A stretch of DNA of 64,000 bases from a virus (IMGVR_UViG_3300049172_000088:19686-83685); one strand, 5' to 3'; shown: positions 8,934 to 18,425, counted from the stretch's first letter. A program made the numbers and translations. Notes: generated by a model not told the origin, from the sequence alone.

Positions 8934-9115
8934 AGGGCACCCCCGAGGCGGCGCAGCAGGTGTGGCGGCCACTCGCCGGGGTGTCGGCGGCACCATGTGG
9001 AGCCCGGAATGGGGTCCTGCGTCTCGACGCGGTGAGTGGCGCGGCGGCCCCGAGCCACGCCCTTGAGGGCGGCCCGGCGGCTCTTGCGCCACACGCGGGT
9101 GTCCTGCGGCTTCAT
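8930..9115 (-). CDS. Small basic hypothetical protein
   Basis: Coupled on both sides. Confidence 0.4.
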   Translation of the reverse strand: MKPQDTRVWRKSRRAALKGVARGRRATHRVETQDPIPGSTWCRRHPGEWPPHLLRRLGGAL

Positions 9116-9579
9116 GACTCGCTCCGGGTGTAGCCGGCGGCCAGGATGGCGCGGGCGACATCCTCGGCACGCGACCACGGGTCGAGGCTGTTGATCACCT
9201 CGGCGAGCTGCTTGACCTTCTGCTCTTCGGCTTCCGCACGCTGCTGCTCAGCGATCGCGTCGGCGAGGTCGGCGGCGGAGGCGTACCACGAGCACAGGTC
9301 CCGGATGCTGTCGGGCGTCATCACCCCAGGGGGAACCATCAGCGTGCGGACGTGCGCGTTGTCGGTCACCCACGACATCTCGGGGTTGCGGCGCGGCAGG
9401 ATGATGGGCGGCTCCTGCCCGGCGGCCTTGTACAGCTCTGTGACGATCGCGGGCAGGTCGGCGGCCCGAGCGTCGATGGACTCGCTGTCCGGGAGGTGCA
9501 GTCGTACGTCGCCATGCTCGGTCGGCGAGGGCCGGACCTCGAGGTTGCACTTGTACGGGTCGGTGTAGGTGTAGGTCAT
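9112..9579 (-). CDS. Hypothetical protein
   Basis: Coupled ORF. Confidence 0.55.
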   Translation of the reverse strand: MTYTYTDPYKCNLEVRPSPTEHGDVRLHLPDSESIDARAADLPAIVTELYKAAGQEPPIILPRRNPEMSWVTDNAHVRTLMVPPGVMTPDSIRDLCSWYASAADLADAIAEQQRAEAEEQKVKQLAEVINSLDPWSRAEDVARAILAAGYTRSES

Positions 9580-10031
9580 CTCCCCTCCCGGGGCAGGATG
9601 CGGATGGTGCGGTCAGGGCCGATGGCCATGTCCCAGTCGCCAGACCAGGCGGTGCGGGCGCCCTTGCCGAGCACGTTGTCGAGCGAGCCCTTGTACGGCT
9701 CGAACTGGTCGATCGGGTAGTGCTTGCCGAGGAAGACGATCACGTCGCCGACGGCCAGGTCCCGGCCGGCGATCGGCTCGCCCCAGGCGGGGTCCTGCCA
9801 GCCGGGAAGGTGCGGCGAGTACGGGCGGGTGTACATCTCGCGCACCGCCCGCTCCTTCGCAGCCGCATGGGCGAGTGCCTGCTGCTGCCGGGCCTTGTCG
9901 CGGGCGGCGGCCCGGGCGGCGCGGTTCGCCTCACGGCAGTCCTCGCACACCTCGACCTTGCGATGGAGGTGCTGCTTGTAGCCGCTGGGCGTGCCGTGGT
10001 TGATCCCTTCGGCCTGGCCGATGACGCTCAT
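9576..10031 (-). CDS. HGT..GY..H...C..C zinc-motif protein
   Basis: INHGTPSGYKQHLHRKVEVCEDCREAN. Confidence 0.6.
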   Translation of the reverse strand: MSVIGQAEGINHGTPSGYKQHLHRKVEVCEDCREANRAARAAARDKARQQQALAHAAAKERAVREMYTRPYSPHLPGWQDPAWGEPIAGRDLAVGDVIVFLGKHYPIDQFEPYKGSLDNVLGKGARTAWSGDWDMAIGPDRTIRILPREGR

Positions 10032-10240
10032 GGCTCACCTCGCCAGGCTTCGTCGAGGTCGCGGAGCTCCGGCTCGTACTCGCGGAGCAGGCGCCGGTCC
10101 CGCCACCGCTCCCGCCAGGCTCGAAGGTCCCGGCGGGCGGCGCGGAAGGCGCGGACGAACGCACGGAAGGCGGCGAGCTCCAGCATCCCGACGACGCCGC
10201 ACATGAACAGGAAGGCCACGACGCGCCCGATCTCAGCCAT
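10028..10240 (-). CDS. Small membrane protein
   Basis: N-terminal hydrophobic helix. Confidence 0.5.
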   Translation of the reverse strand: MAEIGRVVAFLFMCGVVGMLELAAFRAFVRAFRAARRDLRAWRERWRDRRLLREYEPELRDLDEAWRGEP

Positions 10241-10466
10241 CAGCCACCCCCGCGGCCTTGCGCCACGCCTTGATCTCGGGGTCGTCGAGGTAGCCCGCCC
10301 CGTGGCCGGTAAGCGCGGTCGCGGCGGCCAAGGCGAGCGTCGCGTGCACCTGTGCCTGGGCTGCGAGCGCGTGGCCGACGACCGGGCTGCCGCCATCGCC
10401 GTAGGTGAAGTGGTAGGCGCGCTCGGCGAGCCGCTCAGCCTCGCGGTAGTGGGCCGGGCCGTTCAC
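10233..10466 (-). CDS. Conserved actinophage hypothetical
   Basis: HYREAERL...AQVHATLALAAAT motif. Confidence 0.6.
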   Translation of the reverse strand: MNGPAHYREAERLAERAYHFTYGDGGSPVVGHALAAQAQVHATLALAAATALTGHGAGYLDDPEIKAWRKAAGVADG

Positions 10467-10618
10467 TCTGCTCCTCCGCTCTGCAGGGCCTCAGCCACGT
10501 CGGGCGCGATCTCCTCCGCGATGTGGCACAGGGTGTCGATCAGGTCGCCGCGGTTGTCGGCCTTTCGGGCGTCGCGGATCAGCCGGTCGGTCGCGTCCCG
10601 GCGGTTCTTACGCGGCAT
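10463..10618 (-). CDS. Small hypothetical protein (51 aa)
   Basis: Manual translation MPRKNRRDATDRLIRDARK; coupled both sides. Confidence 0.45.
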   Translation of the reverse strand: MPRKNRRDATDRLIRDARKADNRGDLIDTLCHIAEEIAPDVAEALQSGGAE

Positions 10619-11562
10619 CAGCCCTCACCCGGCTTCACAGCCGCGGGCCAGCCGTCGTCGCCCTCGGCGGGCTCGCCAGCGGGCGCCTGGGGCGGGCCAT
10701 CTTCGCCCTGGGTGGGTTCGTCGGTGTCGGAGATGACCTCGCCCTCCCAATCGACCTCGGGCAGCTCGGACTCGCCAGCCTCGTTCTCCCGCTGGAGCAG
10801 CTCAACGAGCTCCGGCGACTGGGGCACCCAGTCGGCGAGGCGGCGGACGGCGGACTTGCGCCACATGGCGTCGAACTCGGTGTGCCAGGTGCTGTTGAAC
10901 CAGCCCTTGTCGGGGGTGCGGGCGAACCCTTCGGGGTCCTCTCGGCGGTGCCGCTCGGCAAGGGCGTACGCCTTGCTGTACTGGTCGCGGACCTCTTCGG
11001 CCTCGGCCCGGTTCAGAGTGATGATCTTCGACCGGCCGCCGCCCTTGATCTCGGCGTACGCGTAGGCCAGGACGATCGGGCCGCGCTCGCTGGAGAGCAC
11101 GTCCGGCTCGTGCCAGAACGTGCCGCCGTCGCCGATGCGGTACTGCCACGGGTCGTTCTCATAGATGAACTCCGCGACCACGCTGGTGACGCGGCCAGAG
11201 CGGTACATGAGCTCGACCAGGCCCTGCCACTGGGCGATGAACGTCGCCTTGTCGCCGTACGGCACGATCGCGGCCTGCTTCGTGCCGGGCTCCAGCCCGA
11301 GCCGCGCCGACTCCAGCATCGCGGCGAGCAGGCTCTCAGGGGTGCAGTCGAGCAGCTTGTCGTTCTTCTGCACGCAGGTGAGCGCCATGCGCAGGAACCG
11401 ATCGACCGACACATGCTGAGGAAGCGCCATGTCGAACTGGGGCTTCATCTGCTGGAACAGCTGGCGGACGCTGGAGACCTTCGCCCTCTTGGCGATCTCC
11501 TTCGACTGCTGCGGTCGCCGGCCGCCGGCGCGCTGGGCCACGCGGTCTCTGAGGTTGGTCAT
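10618..11562 (-). CDS. recT: RecT-family single-strand annealing protein
   Basis: ALPQHVSVDRFLRMAL...CTPESLLAAMLESARLGLEP...AIVPY...QWQGLVELMYRSG; W..EFDAMWRKSAVRRL. Confidence 0.92.
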   Translation of the reverse strand: MTNLRDRVAQRAGGRRPQQSKEIAKRAKVSSVRQLFQQMKPQFDMALPQHVSVDRFLRMALTCVQKNDKLLDCTPESLLAAMLESARLGLEPGTKQAAIVPYGDKATFIAQWQGLVELMYRSGRVTSVVAEFIYENDPWQYRIGDGGTFWHEPDVLSSERGPIVLAYAYAEIKGGGRSKIITLNRAEAEEVRDQYSKAYALAERHRREDPEGFARTPDKGWFNSTWHTEFDAMWRKSAVRRLADWVPQSPELVELLQRENEAGESELPEVDWEGEVISDTDEPTQGEDGPPQAPAGEPAEGDDGWPAAVKPGEG

Positions 11563-12620
11563 TCGGAACTCCCGGGGACGCGAAGCACGCGGGCACGGTG
11601 GGCCCGGTACTTGTCGGGGTGGTGGGTCTTGAGTGCGTCGATGTCGAGCACGCTGACGCGCCGCTGGTGCCTCTCGGCGATGCGCGGGTGGTCTTCGCGG
11701 AACCGCTTGGGGGCGAACGTGCCGTTGCGCACCCACGTGTAGAGCGTGCGGCCGGGCGCGACGGCGATCTCCGCGTCACCCAGCTTGTGCTTGAGCTTGT
11801 TCTCGATGCCTTCGAGCTCCCGCTTGAGCTCCTTGCGTTCATCGAGCAGCTCGCGGCGGCGGGCGATCAGCTTGTCGGCCTCGGCCACCTCCTCGGGCGA
11901 GAAGAACCGGATGCTGTCGGCCTTCACGTCCCACAGGTGCGAGAGCAGCTCGTCGGTGGCTTCCAGGTCGCCCGGCTCCGGCGGCACCCCGGCGATGACG
12001 TGGTTGTGCCAGAAGTCGCCGACCGCCTTCACGAGGTGGTCGATCAGCTCCTGGTCGTACGCCAGCCGGAAGTGCACGAAGTCGTCGTCGAGGAGGCCGG
12101 CCACCCATGCCTTGCGGTAGCCGGTGACGGCCATGCCCCAGCACGCCTGGATGGCGGGCCCGTCCGGTGGTTCCTCGCCGCGCCAGTCCTCAGCGCGGGC
12201 AGACCGCCAGGTGCGGGTCTTGCACTCCAGCACGCCGCCGTCACCGGACAGTTCGCCGCCCTCGGCCTCGAAGACGGCGCGGTCGATGTTGACCAGCATC
12301 CACGGGTGCTCGGCGTGCTGGAGCGTTCCGGGCGGGTCGACGACGGCGAGGCCGGTCTCTTCGGCGAACAGTTCGGCGACCAGCGATTCGAGCTTCTGGC
12401 CGCGCCGGGCGGACCGGTCGAGCTTGGGGTCGCGCCGCTCTTCGGCCTCGCCGCGCTTGTCGAGGTAGACGTGCAGCGGGCCGCGCCGCTTGTCCATGCC
12501 GAGGATCGCGGCCACGTCGCTGCCGCCGATCCCCTGCCGCCGGACGCCCAGCCACTCCTCGCGGGGCAGCCCGGCCGGGGCCAGCAGGCGTGCGGTGGGC
12601 GTGAGGAGGTCGGCGTTCAT
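11559..12620 (-). CDS. YqaJ-like viral recombinase exonuclease
   Basis: REEWLGVRRQGIGGSDVAAILG; HPWMLVNIDR; LECKT. Confidence 0.9.
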   Translation of the reverse strand: MNADLLTPTARLLAPAGLPREEWLGVRRQGIGGSDVAAILGMDKRRGPLHVYLDKRGEAEERRDPKLDRSARRGQKLESLVAELFAEETGLAVVDPPGTLQHAEHPWMLVNIDRAVFEAEGGELSGDGGVLECKTRTWRSARAEDWRGEEPPDGPAIQACWGMAVTGYRKAWVAGLLDDDFVHFRLAYDQELIDHLVKAVGDFWHNHVIAGVPPEPGDLEATDELLSHLWDVKADSIRFFSPEEVAEADKLIARRRELLDERKELKRELEGIENKLKHKLGDAEIAVAPGRTLYTWVRNGTFAPKRFREDHPRIAERHQRRVSVLDIDALKTHHPDKYRAHRARVLRVPGSSE

Positions 12621-13207
12621 GTCGCACGCTCCGCGATCTGCCGCAGGTTGGCGATCCCGGTGTCCGTGGCCTCGGCCCGGTTGCAGGCGGCGACGTAGCC
12701 GGGGTACTCGGCGGCGAGGCGGCGTCGGTTGTGCGGGTCGGCGCGGGCGATGAGCGCGATCAGGTCCTTGGTGAACGAGCCGGGCTCCATGCCGGGTTCG
12801 CCGTAGTGCCACAGGACGTGGTGGGCGATCGTGGGCGTGATCTCCTCGGAGCCGAGCTCGTCGTCGCGGGCGGCGAGCACGCGCTTGATCGGCCCGTAAT
12901 GGTGGTGGAGGAATGCCACCTCGTAGCCAGTCCCACCCGGCGCACCGGAGTGCAGGCGGATCCCTCCCGCGTACTCGGTCGCGAGGTAGCGGACGCCGTG
13001 GGCGTCTTCCCACAGCTCACCAGCCTTGGGCGGTCCTTCGGCAGGCACGAGCCGCGTGATCTCGACGGCGCTGAACTCGTGCTGAACCTCCTCCCGGTCG
13101 GTTCGGGCCCCCTCGCGGTACTCGTAGACCAGAGAGCCACCATCGCAGTTCAGGACTCGCGCGCCCCTGATGACGATGTCCACGATCTCGCCGGGCTGGT
13201 ACTTCAT
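12617..13207 (-). CDS. Hypothetical protein
   Basis: C-terminal PGSFTKDLIALIARAD..N..RL...YP motif. Confidence 0.6.
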   Translation of the reverse strand: MKYQPGEIVDIVIRGARVLNCDGGSLVYEYREGARTDREEVQHEFSAVEITRLVPAEGPPKAGELWEDAHGVRYLATEYAGGIRLHSGAPGGTGYEVAFLHHHYGPIKRVLAARDDELGSEEITPTIAHHVLWHYGEPGMEPGSFTKDLIALIARADPHNRRRLAAEYPGYVAACNRAEATDTGIANLRQIAERAT

Positions 13208-13497
13208 GCCGTGGCCTCCTGGATGTGCTGGCCGGCGAGCAGGCCGACGAGGGCGAGCGTGGGTGCGTCGGCGTCGGCCTCGCGGGCGATCCCGCCGAGG
13301 TGGGTGGCGGTGCGCATGGCGACCCAGCCGACGATGCTGGGGTCGAGGTCGCAGAACTCGCCACGCAGGTCGTCGCCGATGATCGCGCCGAGCGTGCGTA
13401 CGAGGTCGGCTCCGTCGTCGGTCAGCTCGCCGAGCGCGTCGGTGATCGCGGTGTGGGTGGCTTCGACCCAGCCGGGCCAGACCGGTGCGTACGTCAT
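13204..13497 (-). CDS. Hypothetical protein
   Basis: RBS GGAGG; coupled. Confidence 0.5.
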   Translation of the reverse strand: MTYAPVWPGWVEATHTAITDALGELTDDGADLVRTLGAIIGDDLRGEFCDLDPSIVGWVAMRTATHLGGIAREADADAPTLALVGLLAGQHIQEATA

Positions 13498-13507
13498 GTC
13501 CTCCCCC

Positions 13508-14581
13508 TCACACATGGCAATCGACGGCGATCAGATACGCGGAGTCGGCGAGGGACTCGATGTAGGCGTTCGCGACTTCGAGGTAGCCGATCCGATCGCC
13601 CTCTCTGTCCGTGGATGCTCCGAACCAGCCCATCTCGCCGGGCGCCATCCACTTGCCCTCGACCGTGATCAGCGCGTAGCCCGGAACCGCCTGCGCCCGC
13701 GCCAGCTCCACGAACAGCCCACGCGGCTTGGCGAACTCTCCGATCCGGCATGTGAACGAGTCGATGTCAGAGCCCTTGATCGCCTGCACGCGCTCCTGGG
13801 CGCCGTACTCGACACGGGCACGGTTCCACGCTGCCCGCTTCTCCTCGACGTCCTCGGTATCGGCGGCCTCCTTCTCGGCGCGCTCGGCGAATGCCCTCCA
13901 CGGCTGCGCCTCAGGCAGGCCGTCGGTGAGCTTCTCCCAGGAGTCGTACTCGGCGTGGGCGCGGTTCGCCTTCTGCAGCCGCATCGCGTTGAGGTCCAGG
14001 TGCTTCTTCTGGCCGCCGTCCACCCATCCGGCTTGGTCCCTCTTCGGGGAGTCCCAGTCGCGGCGAGGTGCCCACTCGGCGCACGCGGCGTACGCCTCGA
14101 AGTCGGTGGTGGCGAAGTAGCCACCCCATCGGCCGCCGATGCGCCAGTAGTCCCACTTGCCGTCCGGGTTGCGCGTGGAGAGCGTATATGCCTGGTCCGT
14201 GGCCTCGTCGTAGTGCAGCGGCTCGGAGTCGTCGTCGTACCGCTCGTTGTGGAACTGGACGATGTCTCGCCAGCGGATCGGGTCGGGCAGGGAGTGGAAC
14301 AGGCGTGCATCTTCCGCCTGCTTCTGTCGCTGCACCTCGGGCGTCTCCTTCGACGAATCCGACGACCACCCAAGCTGGTCCGGCTTGTAGGGCAGAATTC
14401 CCGTGCCATCGGCGAAGTCCTTGGCGGTCCGCTTGAGCGACCTGTACAGCCAGAACTCCGACGCCTCACCTTTCTCGTAGTCGCGGTACTCCTCGACTTC
14501 GAGGTTCTCGTCGAAGGGCGCCAGGGCGGCCTCCAGCTTGCTGGCGTCGTCGAGGCACACGATCACGGAGAAGTGGGTCAT
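13508..14581 (-). CDS. Conserved phage protein of unknown function
   Basis: MTHFSVIV...LAPFDEN; NPDGKWDYWRIGGRW; C-terminal GEMGWFG...VDCH. Confidence 0.7.
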   Translation of the reverse strand: MTHFSVIVCLDDASKLEAALAPFDENLEVEEYRDYEKGEASEFWLYRSLKRTAKDFADGTGILPYKPDQLGWSSDSSKETPEVQRQKQAEDARLFHSLPDPIRWRDIVQFHNERYDDDSEPLHYDEATDQAYTLSTRNPDGKWDYWRIGGRWGGYFATTDFEAYAACAEWAPRRDWDSPKRDQAGWVDGGQKKHLDLNAMRLQKANRAHAEYDSWEKLTDGLPEAQPWRAFAERAEKEAADTEDVEEKRAAWNRARVEYGAQERVQAIKGSDIDSFTCRIGEFAKPRGLFVELARAQAVPGYALITVEGKWMAPGEMGWFGASTDREGDRIGYLEVANAYIESLADSAYLIAVDCHV

Positions 14582-14898
14582 CGGCTTCCACCCTTCGCGA
14601 GAGCGGCGCGCAGCTTCAGCGCCTGGCGTCCGACGCGCTTGGCCAGGAGGAGGCCGCGCTCGCGCATCGTCTGCCGCAGGTGCCGCTCGGTTCGGGACCC
14701 GCCGGTGCGAAGCGGCGCCATCCACTCGTCGGTATCGGTGATCGCCCTGCGCGCCTGGTCGTACGCGGTGACGTCGGCCGCCGTGATGCGCGGCATGCTC
14801 GCCGTCGCGGGCTCCGGGTCGATCGGCGGGGCGTCGCGGCGGACGGCCCGCATCGGCTCGGTGACGGCCGCGGCCCGGGCGCGGTGCTTGCCGGCCAT
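14578..14898 (-). CDS. Hypothetical protein
   Basis: Coupled ORF. Confidence 0.45.
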   Translation of the reverse strand: MAGKHRARAAAVTEPMRAVRRDAPPIDPEPATASMPRITAADVTAYDQARRAITDTDEWMAPLRTGGSRTERHLRQTMRERGLLLAKRVGRQALKLRAALAKGGSR

Positions 14899-15305
14899 CA
14901 GAGGTCGCCCTCCTCTTCGGGGTCGCGCTGCGCGTCGGCCAGTTCGACGACGCGGGCGACGGCCTTGTCCATGGCCGGGTCGGGCGCGGCGATCTGCGCG
15001 GCGACGGACTGCGGCGCCTGAGTGGAGTCCTGGGCCGGCGCCGGAGCAGTCATGGTGCGGGCATCCTCGGCGGCCTTGAGCCGGTCGCGGATCTCGCGCA
15101 GGTCGCCGCCCCAGAACCCGGCCTGGGCCTGGATCACGTCGGCGAGGTCGGCAGCGGCCGACACGCGGGTGAGGTCACCGGTGGGGATCTGGATGCGGAG
15201 CGGCCCGAAGTCGAACGAGCTCCAGCCGTCCTCGGTCAGCGTGTGCCGCACCTGGTCGGGGGTGACCTGGGCGTAGATGAAGACGTTGAGCGGGGTCTGC
15301 TCCAT
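14898..15305 (-). CDS. Hypothetical protein
   Basis: Coupled ORF. Confidence 0.5.
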   Translation of the reverse strand: MEQTPLNVFIYAQVTPDQVRHTLTEDGWSSFDFGPLRIQIPTGDLTRVSAAADLADVIQAQAGFWGGDLREIRDRLKAAEDARTMTAPAPAQDSTQAPQSVAAQIAAPDPAMDKAVARVVELADAQRDPEEEGDL

Positions 15306-15730
15306 CAGGAGCCCTCCAGGCAGGTACGGGTGTGGATGCCGCCGGGCACGGGCGCGCCGCAGCGGCAGAGGGGGATCTCGCGCGCCGTCAGCTCTTCGGT
15401 GACGGCGGGCCGAATCACGTGGTCGAGCTGAACGGCGCTGCCCGCGTTGGCGATCGAGGTCGCGGTGTTCCACATGCCGATCAGCTCGTCGGTGCTGGCC
15501 TCGTGGATGCCCTCGATCACCGCGCCCCACGGGTTTGGATCGGCCTCGGCGAGGGCGGGCTTGGCCTGGCGCGGAGTGCGGCTCAGCAGCACGTACAGGA
15601 CGGCGACGATCGCGAAGCCGCTCCAGGCGATCACGGTGGACCACGGGCGGTCCGTGGCCACGGTGCCGGTCGCGGTCAGCGCGAGGGCGACGAAGTACAG
15701 GGCCGTCAGTACCTTGAACCTGGTGCTCAT
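15305..15730 (-). CDS. Two-TM membrane protein with C-terminal C.C...H..C motif
   Basis: Hydrophobic helices. Confidence 0.55.
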   Translation of the reverse strand: MSTRFKVLTALYFVALALTATGTVATDRPWSTVIAWSGFAIVAVLYVLLSRTPRQAKPALAEADPNPWGAVIEGIHEASTDELIGMWNTATSIANAGSAVQLDHVIRPAVTEELTAREIPLCRCGAPVPGGIHTRTCLEGS

Positions 15731-15900
15731 GACTCACCCCGCTGGATGAAGTGGCGGAGGATCAGAGAGGCCGCGCCGAACCCGACCGCGTCGAGCGCGA
15801 GGTACGGCCAGTCGTTGCCGTCGAGCGCGACCACCACGGCGGCGGTCGCGGCGACGACCGCGAGGATGGCGCACACGGCCGCGAGGATCCGCATGAACAT
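15727..15900 (-). CDS. Small two-TM membrane protein
   Basis: Hydrophobic 57 aa. Confidence 0.5.
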   Translation of the reverse strand: MFMRILAAVCAILAVVAATAAVVVALDGNDWPYLALDAVGFGAASLILRHFIQRGES

Positions 15901-16370
15901 CAGGCCACCCCCACCGTGGCCAGGACGGCGGCCAGCTCGGGCGAGTCCCAGCCCGCCCACCGCTGCTCGTGCTCGGCGCGGACCACAGCGGACTCCAGGT
16001 CGCGGTCACGGCCGGCCAGCGGACGCCACGCGCCCGCGTCGCGCCGGAACGCGAGGTACGTCATCGACCGGTGGTCGTGCGGGGTGGCCGACACCACCAC
16101 GTCCACGTCGCCGCCGGCCCGGTGGCCGACGTACTCGATCCGATACGTCTCAGCGAGGCCGATGACGATCCGTCCGGCGCGCCAGGTGGCGATCGGGCCG
16201 CCCGGCCGCCGCCGCACCGCGAGGGACACCACGTCCGTGAGGTTGTAGGCGCGGTGGCCGTGCAGGCACCGGCGGGAAGGCAGCCGCCCGCTGCGCGCGA
16301 GGTTCGAGACGCCGCGCTTGCCGAGCCCGAGCATGTGCCCGGTCTGGGAGCGGGTCAGGAGGACGCTCAT
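15900..16370 (-). CDS. Protein with N-terminal MerR/Xis-like HTH
   Basis: LLTRSQTGHMLGLGKRGVSNLARSGRL....HGHRAY. Confidence 0.55.
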   Translation of the reverse strand: MSVLLTRSQTGHMLGLGKRGVSNLARSGRLPSRRCLHGHRAYNLTDVVSLAVRRRPGGPIATWRAGRIVIGLAETYRIEYVGHRAGGDVDVVVSATPHDHRSMTYLAFRRDAGAWRPLAGRDRDLESAVVRAEHEQRWAGWDSPELAAVLATVGVA

Positions 16371-16732
16371 GCCGCCTCCCCGCACAGCCCGGCGACGATC
16401 CGCCGCAGGTCGGGCAGCCTGTTGCTGCCCGCAAACAGCCGGTTGGCCTGCTTTCGGTCGAGTCCGAGGACCCGCTCGGCGCGGAGCTGGGCGTAGACGA
16501 CCCGCACGCCAGCGCGGGCCTCGAAGGCCCACGGGTCGTCCGGCTCGGCGATCAGCGCGTCACCGAGCGCCTCGTCCGGATTGTCGGCGTACCACCGGCC
16601 GCCCGCGAGCTGAGCGGCCCACCCGGCGAAGCACATGCCGGAGCCGCACCGGAACTCGGTCTGGTCCCACTCCTCAGGGTGGGCCTCGATGTGGGCGAGG
16701 GTCTGCTTGAGCAGCGCCACGTTGATCGTCAT
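16367..16732 (-). CDS. Tandem paralog family member 1 (unknown function)
   Basis: INVALLKQTLAHIEAHPEEWDQ...CFAGWAAQLAGG...LGLDRKQANRLF. Confidence 0.7.
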   Translation of the reverse strand: MTINVALLKQTLAHIEAHPEEWDQTEFRCGSGMCFAGWAAQLAGGRWYADNPDEALGDALIAEPDDPWAFEARAGVRVVYAQLRAERVLGLDRKQANRLFAGSNRLPDLRRIVAGLCGEAA

Positions 16733-17124
16733 GCCGCCGCCTCCTGTTCGGCCTGTTCGCACAGGTCGGAGACGATCGCGAAGAGGCGCGGCAGGTCATT
16801 GCTCGCGCTGAACAGGCGCACCGCCTGCTCGTCGCTGAGGCCCAGCACCCGCTTGGCCCGCGTCTGCACGGTCACCGCCTGGAGCGGCTCGCCATCCCAG
16901 CCGTCAGCCGGGCCGTACGCGGCCACGTCCTTGGTGCGGTCGTCGTCCTCGGGCGCGAGGACGTAGTGGAGCGGGTGCACCTCGTCCGTCGCCCACCGGC
17001 CGCCCGCCAGGATCACGGCGTGCCCGGCGATGCAGCTCCGCCAGCAGCCCTGGTACCAGTCACCCCGGTTGGCGTCGATGTGCTGGAGCGTTCCGACCAG
17101 CAGCTCCGTGTTGATCGCCATCAC
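16729..17124 (-). CDS. Tandem paralog family member 2
   Basis: INTELLVGTLQHIDAN..DWYQ...CIAGHAVILAGG...LGLSDEQAVRLF. Confidence 0.7.
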   Translation of the reverse strand: MMAINTELLVGTLQHIDANRGDWYQGCWRSCIAGHAVILAGGRWATDEVHPLHYVLAPEDDDRTKDVAAYGPADGWDGEPLQAVTVQTRAKRVLGLSDEQAVRLFSASNDLPRLFAIVSDLCEQAEQEAAA

Positions 17125-17390
17125 GCCACCTCACACAGGTCGTGAGCGATCCGCCTCAGGTCGTCGAGCGTGTTGTCGAAGGCGAACAGCGCCCGCTCCT
17201 GGTCTGCGGTGACGTCGAGCAGTCGGGCGGCCTGGCCCCACGCCGCCATGCCGGTGACCTCCGGACCACCAGCGGCGGCCAGGACGTGACGGGCGAAGGC
17301 CGGCCGCCAGTCGCCGTGCAGTCGCCACCGCTCAGGGTGGCGGACCACCTCGCCGAACGCGGACTTCAGCAGCGCGGTGTTGGCCATCAC
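17121..17390 (-). CDS. Tandem paralog family member 3 (short)
   Basis: NTALLKSAF..V..HPERW...LLDVTADQERALFAFDNTLDDLRRI. Confidence 0.65.
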   Translation of the reverse strand: MMANTALLKSAFGEVVRHPERWRLHGDWRPAFARHVLAAAGGPEVTGMAAWGQAARLLDVTADQERALFAFDNTLDDLRRIAHDLCEVA

Positions 17391-17496
17391 GCACCTCCCC
17401 GGAAGGGCAGGCGGCGGCCGGACGGCGTGCGGGTGTCGGGCTCCCCCTGCGGTCGGCGCGGCGGCGTCGGCCGGAGGATGCGCTTCTGGGTGCCCA

Positions 17497-18120
17497 TCAC
17501 GCGGCCTCCGCCCTGGTCAGGCGCTCCATCGCGGCCGGGTCGATCGGGTCCACGTACGGGATGCCGTACCGAGTCGCGACGACACCGGCGTGCTGGCGCA
17601 GGCGGCGGGGCGCGATGCCGCTCTCACCGCCGTGGAACATGGGCGGCTGGCCCGGGCGATGCTCGACGACCGCGAGGGGCAGGCGACCGTCGTCCAGCGC
17701 CTCGCCGGGCGTGAGCTCGTTCTCGGCGACGAACCGGATCGTGACGTGGCGAATCTCGGCGATCAGCTCGCCAACAACCTCGCGGAGACTGTCCAGGTCG
17801 TTCTCACCATGGAACAGGTCGTACGCCTGGTCGCCATCCAGCCCCAGCTCCCGCTTAGCGCGGTCGTGCACAGTGACGACCCGCGCCCCGTCGCGGGCGA
17901 CCAGAGACGGCTCACCCTTCTCGGCGGCCCAGAGCATGCCATTCGGGTCGAGGGCCTGGCCGCCAGCGAGGCGGGCGGCATGGTTGGCGAAGCACGCGGC
18001 GTAGGTCCGCTGGTTCCACTCGGCGGGGTTGGCCTCGATGCGGGCCAGCGTCTCGCGGAGCAGCGCGGCGTTGATCGTGCTCGCCACGGCGTCGGCGGTG
18101 ATGGTCTGGTGGGGCATCAT
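17497..18120 (-). CDS. Tandem paralog family member 4 with C-terminal extension
   Basis: INAALLRETLARIEANPAEWNQ...CFANHAARLAGG...LGLDGDQAYDLF. Confidence 0.7.
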   Translation of the reverse strand: MMPHQTITADAVASTINAALLRETLARIEANPAEWNQRTYAACFANHAARLAGGQALDPNGMLWAAEKGEPSLVARDGARVVTVHDRAKRELGLDGDQAYDLFHGENDLDSLREVVGELIAEIRHVTIRFVAENELTPGEALDDGRLPLAVVEHRPGQPPMFHGGESGIAPRRLRQHAGVVATRYGIPYVDPIDPAAMERLTRAEAA

Positions 18121-18314
18121 GCACCCGCCACCGAGTCGCCAGCCAGCAGGGCGCGGACCTCGGTCTCGCGGTAGCGCCGGTGACCGCCCAGCGTGCGGAC
18201 CGACGTCAGCTTGCCGGCCTTAGCCCAGCGGGTGACCGTCTTGGGGTCGACCCTGAACATGGTCGCGACCTCAGCGGGGGTGAGCAGGGACTCGTGCTCC
18301 AGGGAGCTGGCCAT
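18117..18314 (-). CDS. bldC: BldC-family MerR-like regulator
   Basis: LLTPAEVATMFRVDPKTVTRWAKAGKLTSVRTLGGHRRYRETEVRALLAG, near-identical to Streptomyces BldC as I recall it. Confidence 0.92.
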   Translation of the reverse strand: MASSLEHESLLTPAEVATMFRVDPKTVTRWAKAGKLTSVRTLGGHRRYRETEVRALLAGDSVAGA

Positions 18315-18378
18315 GGTGGTTGTCCTTCCGGTTGAGGGGTGGAGCGATAAGGTTGGGGCGCCGGATGTCCTTCCGGCG

Positions 18379-18406
18379 GGTCCGGGCTGGTCGCACAGCC
18401 CGGACC
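18379..18406 (-). terminator. GC-rich hairpin, probable terminator
   Basis: 11-bp stem GGTCCGGGCTG/CAGCCCGGACC just downstream of the secreted LTD gene. Confidence 0.5.
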
Positions 18407-18425
18407 ATTTGCGTGCTGGAGCAGG

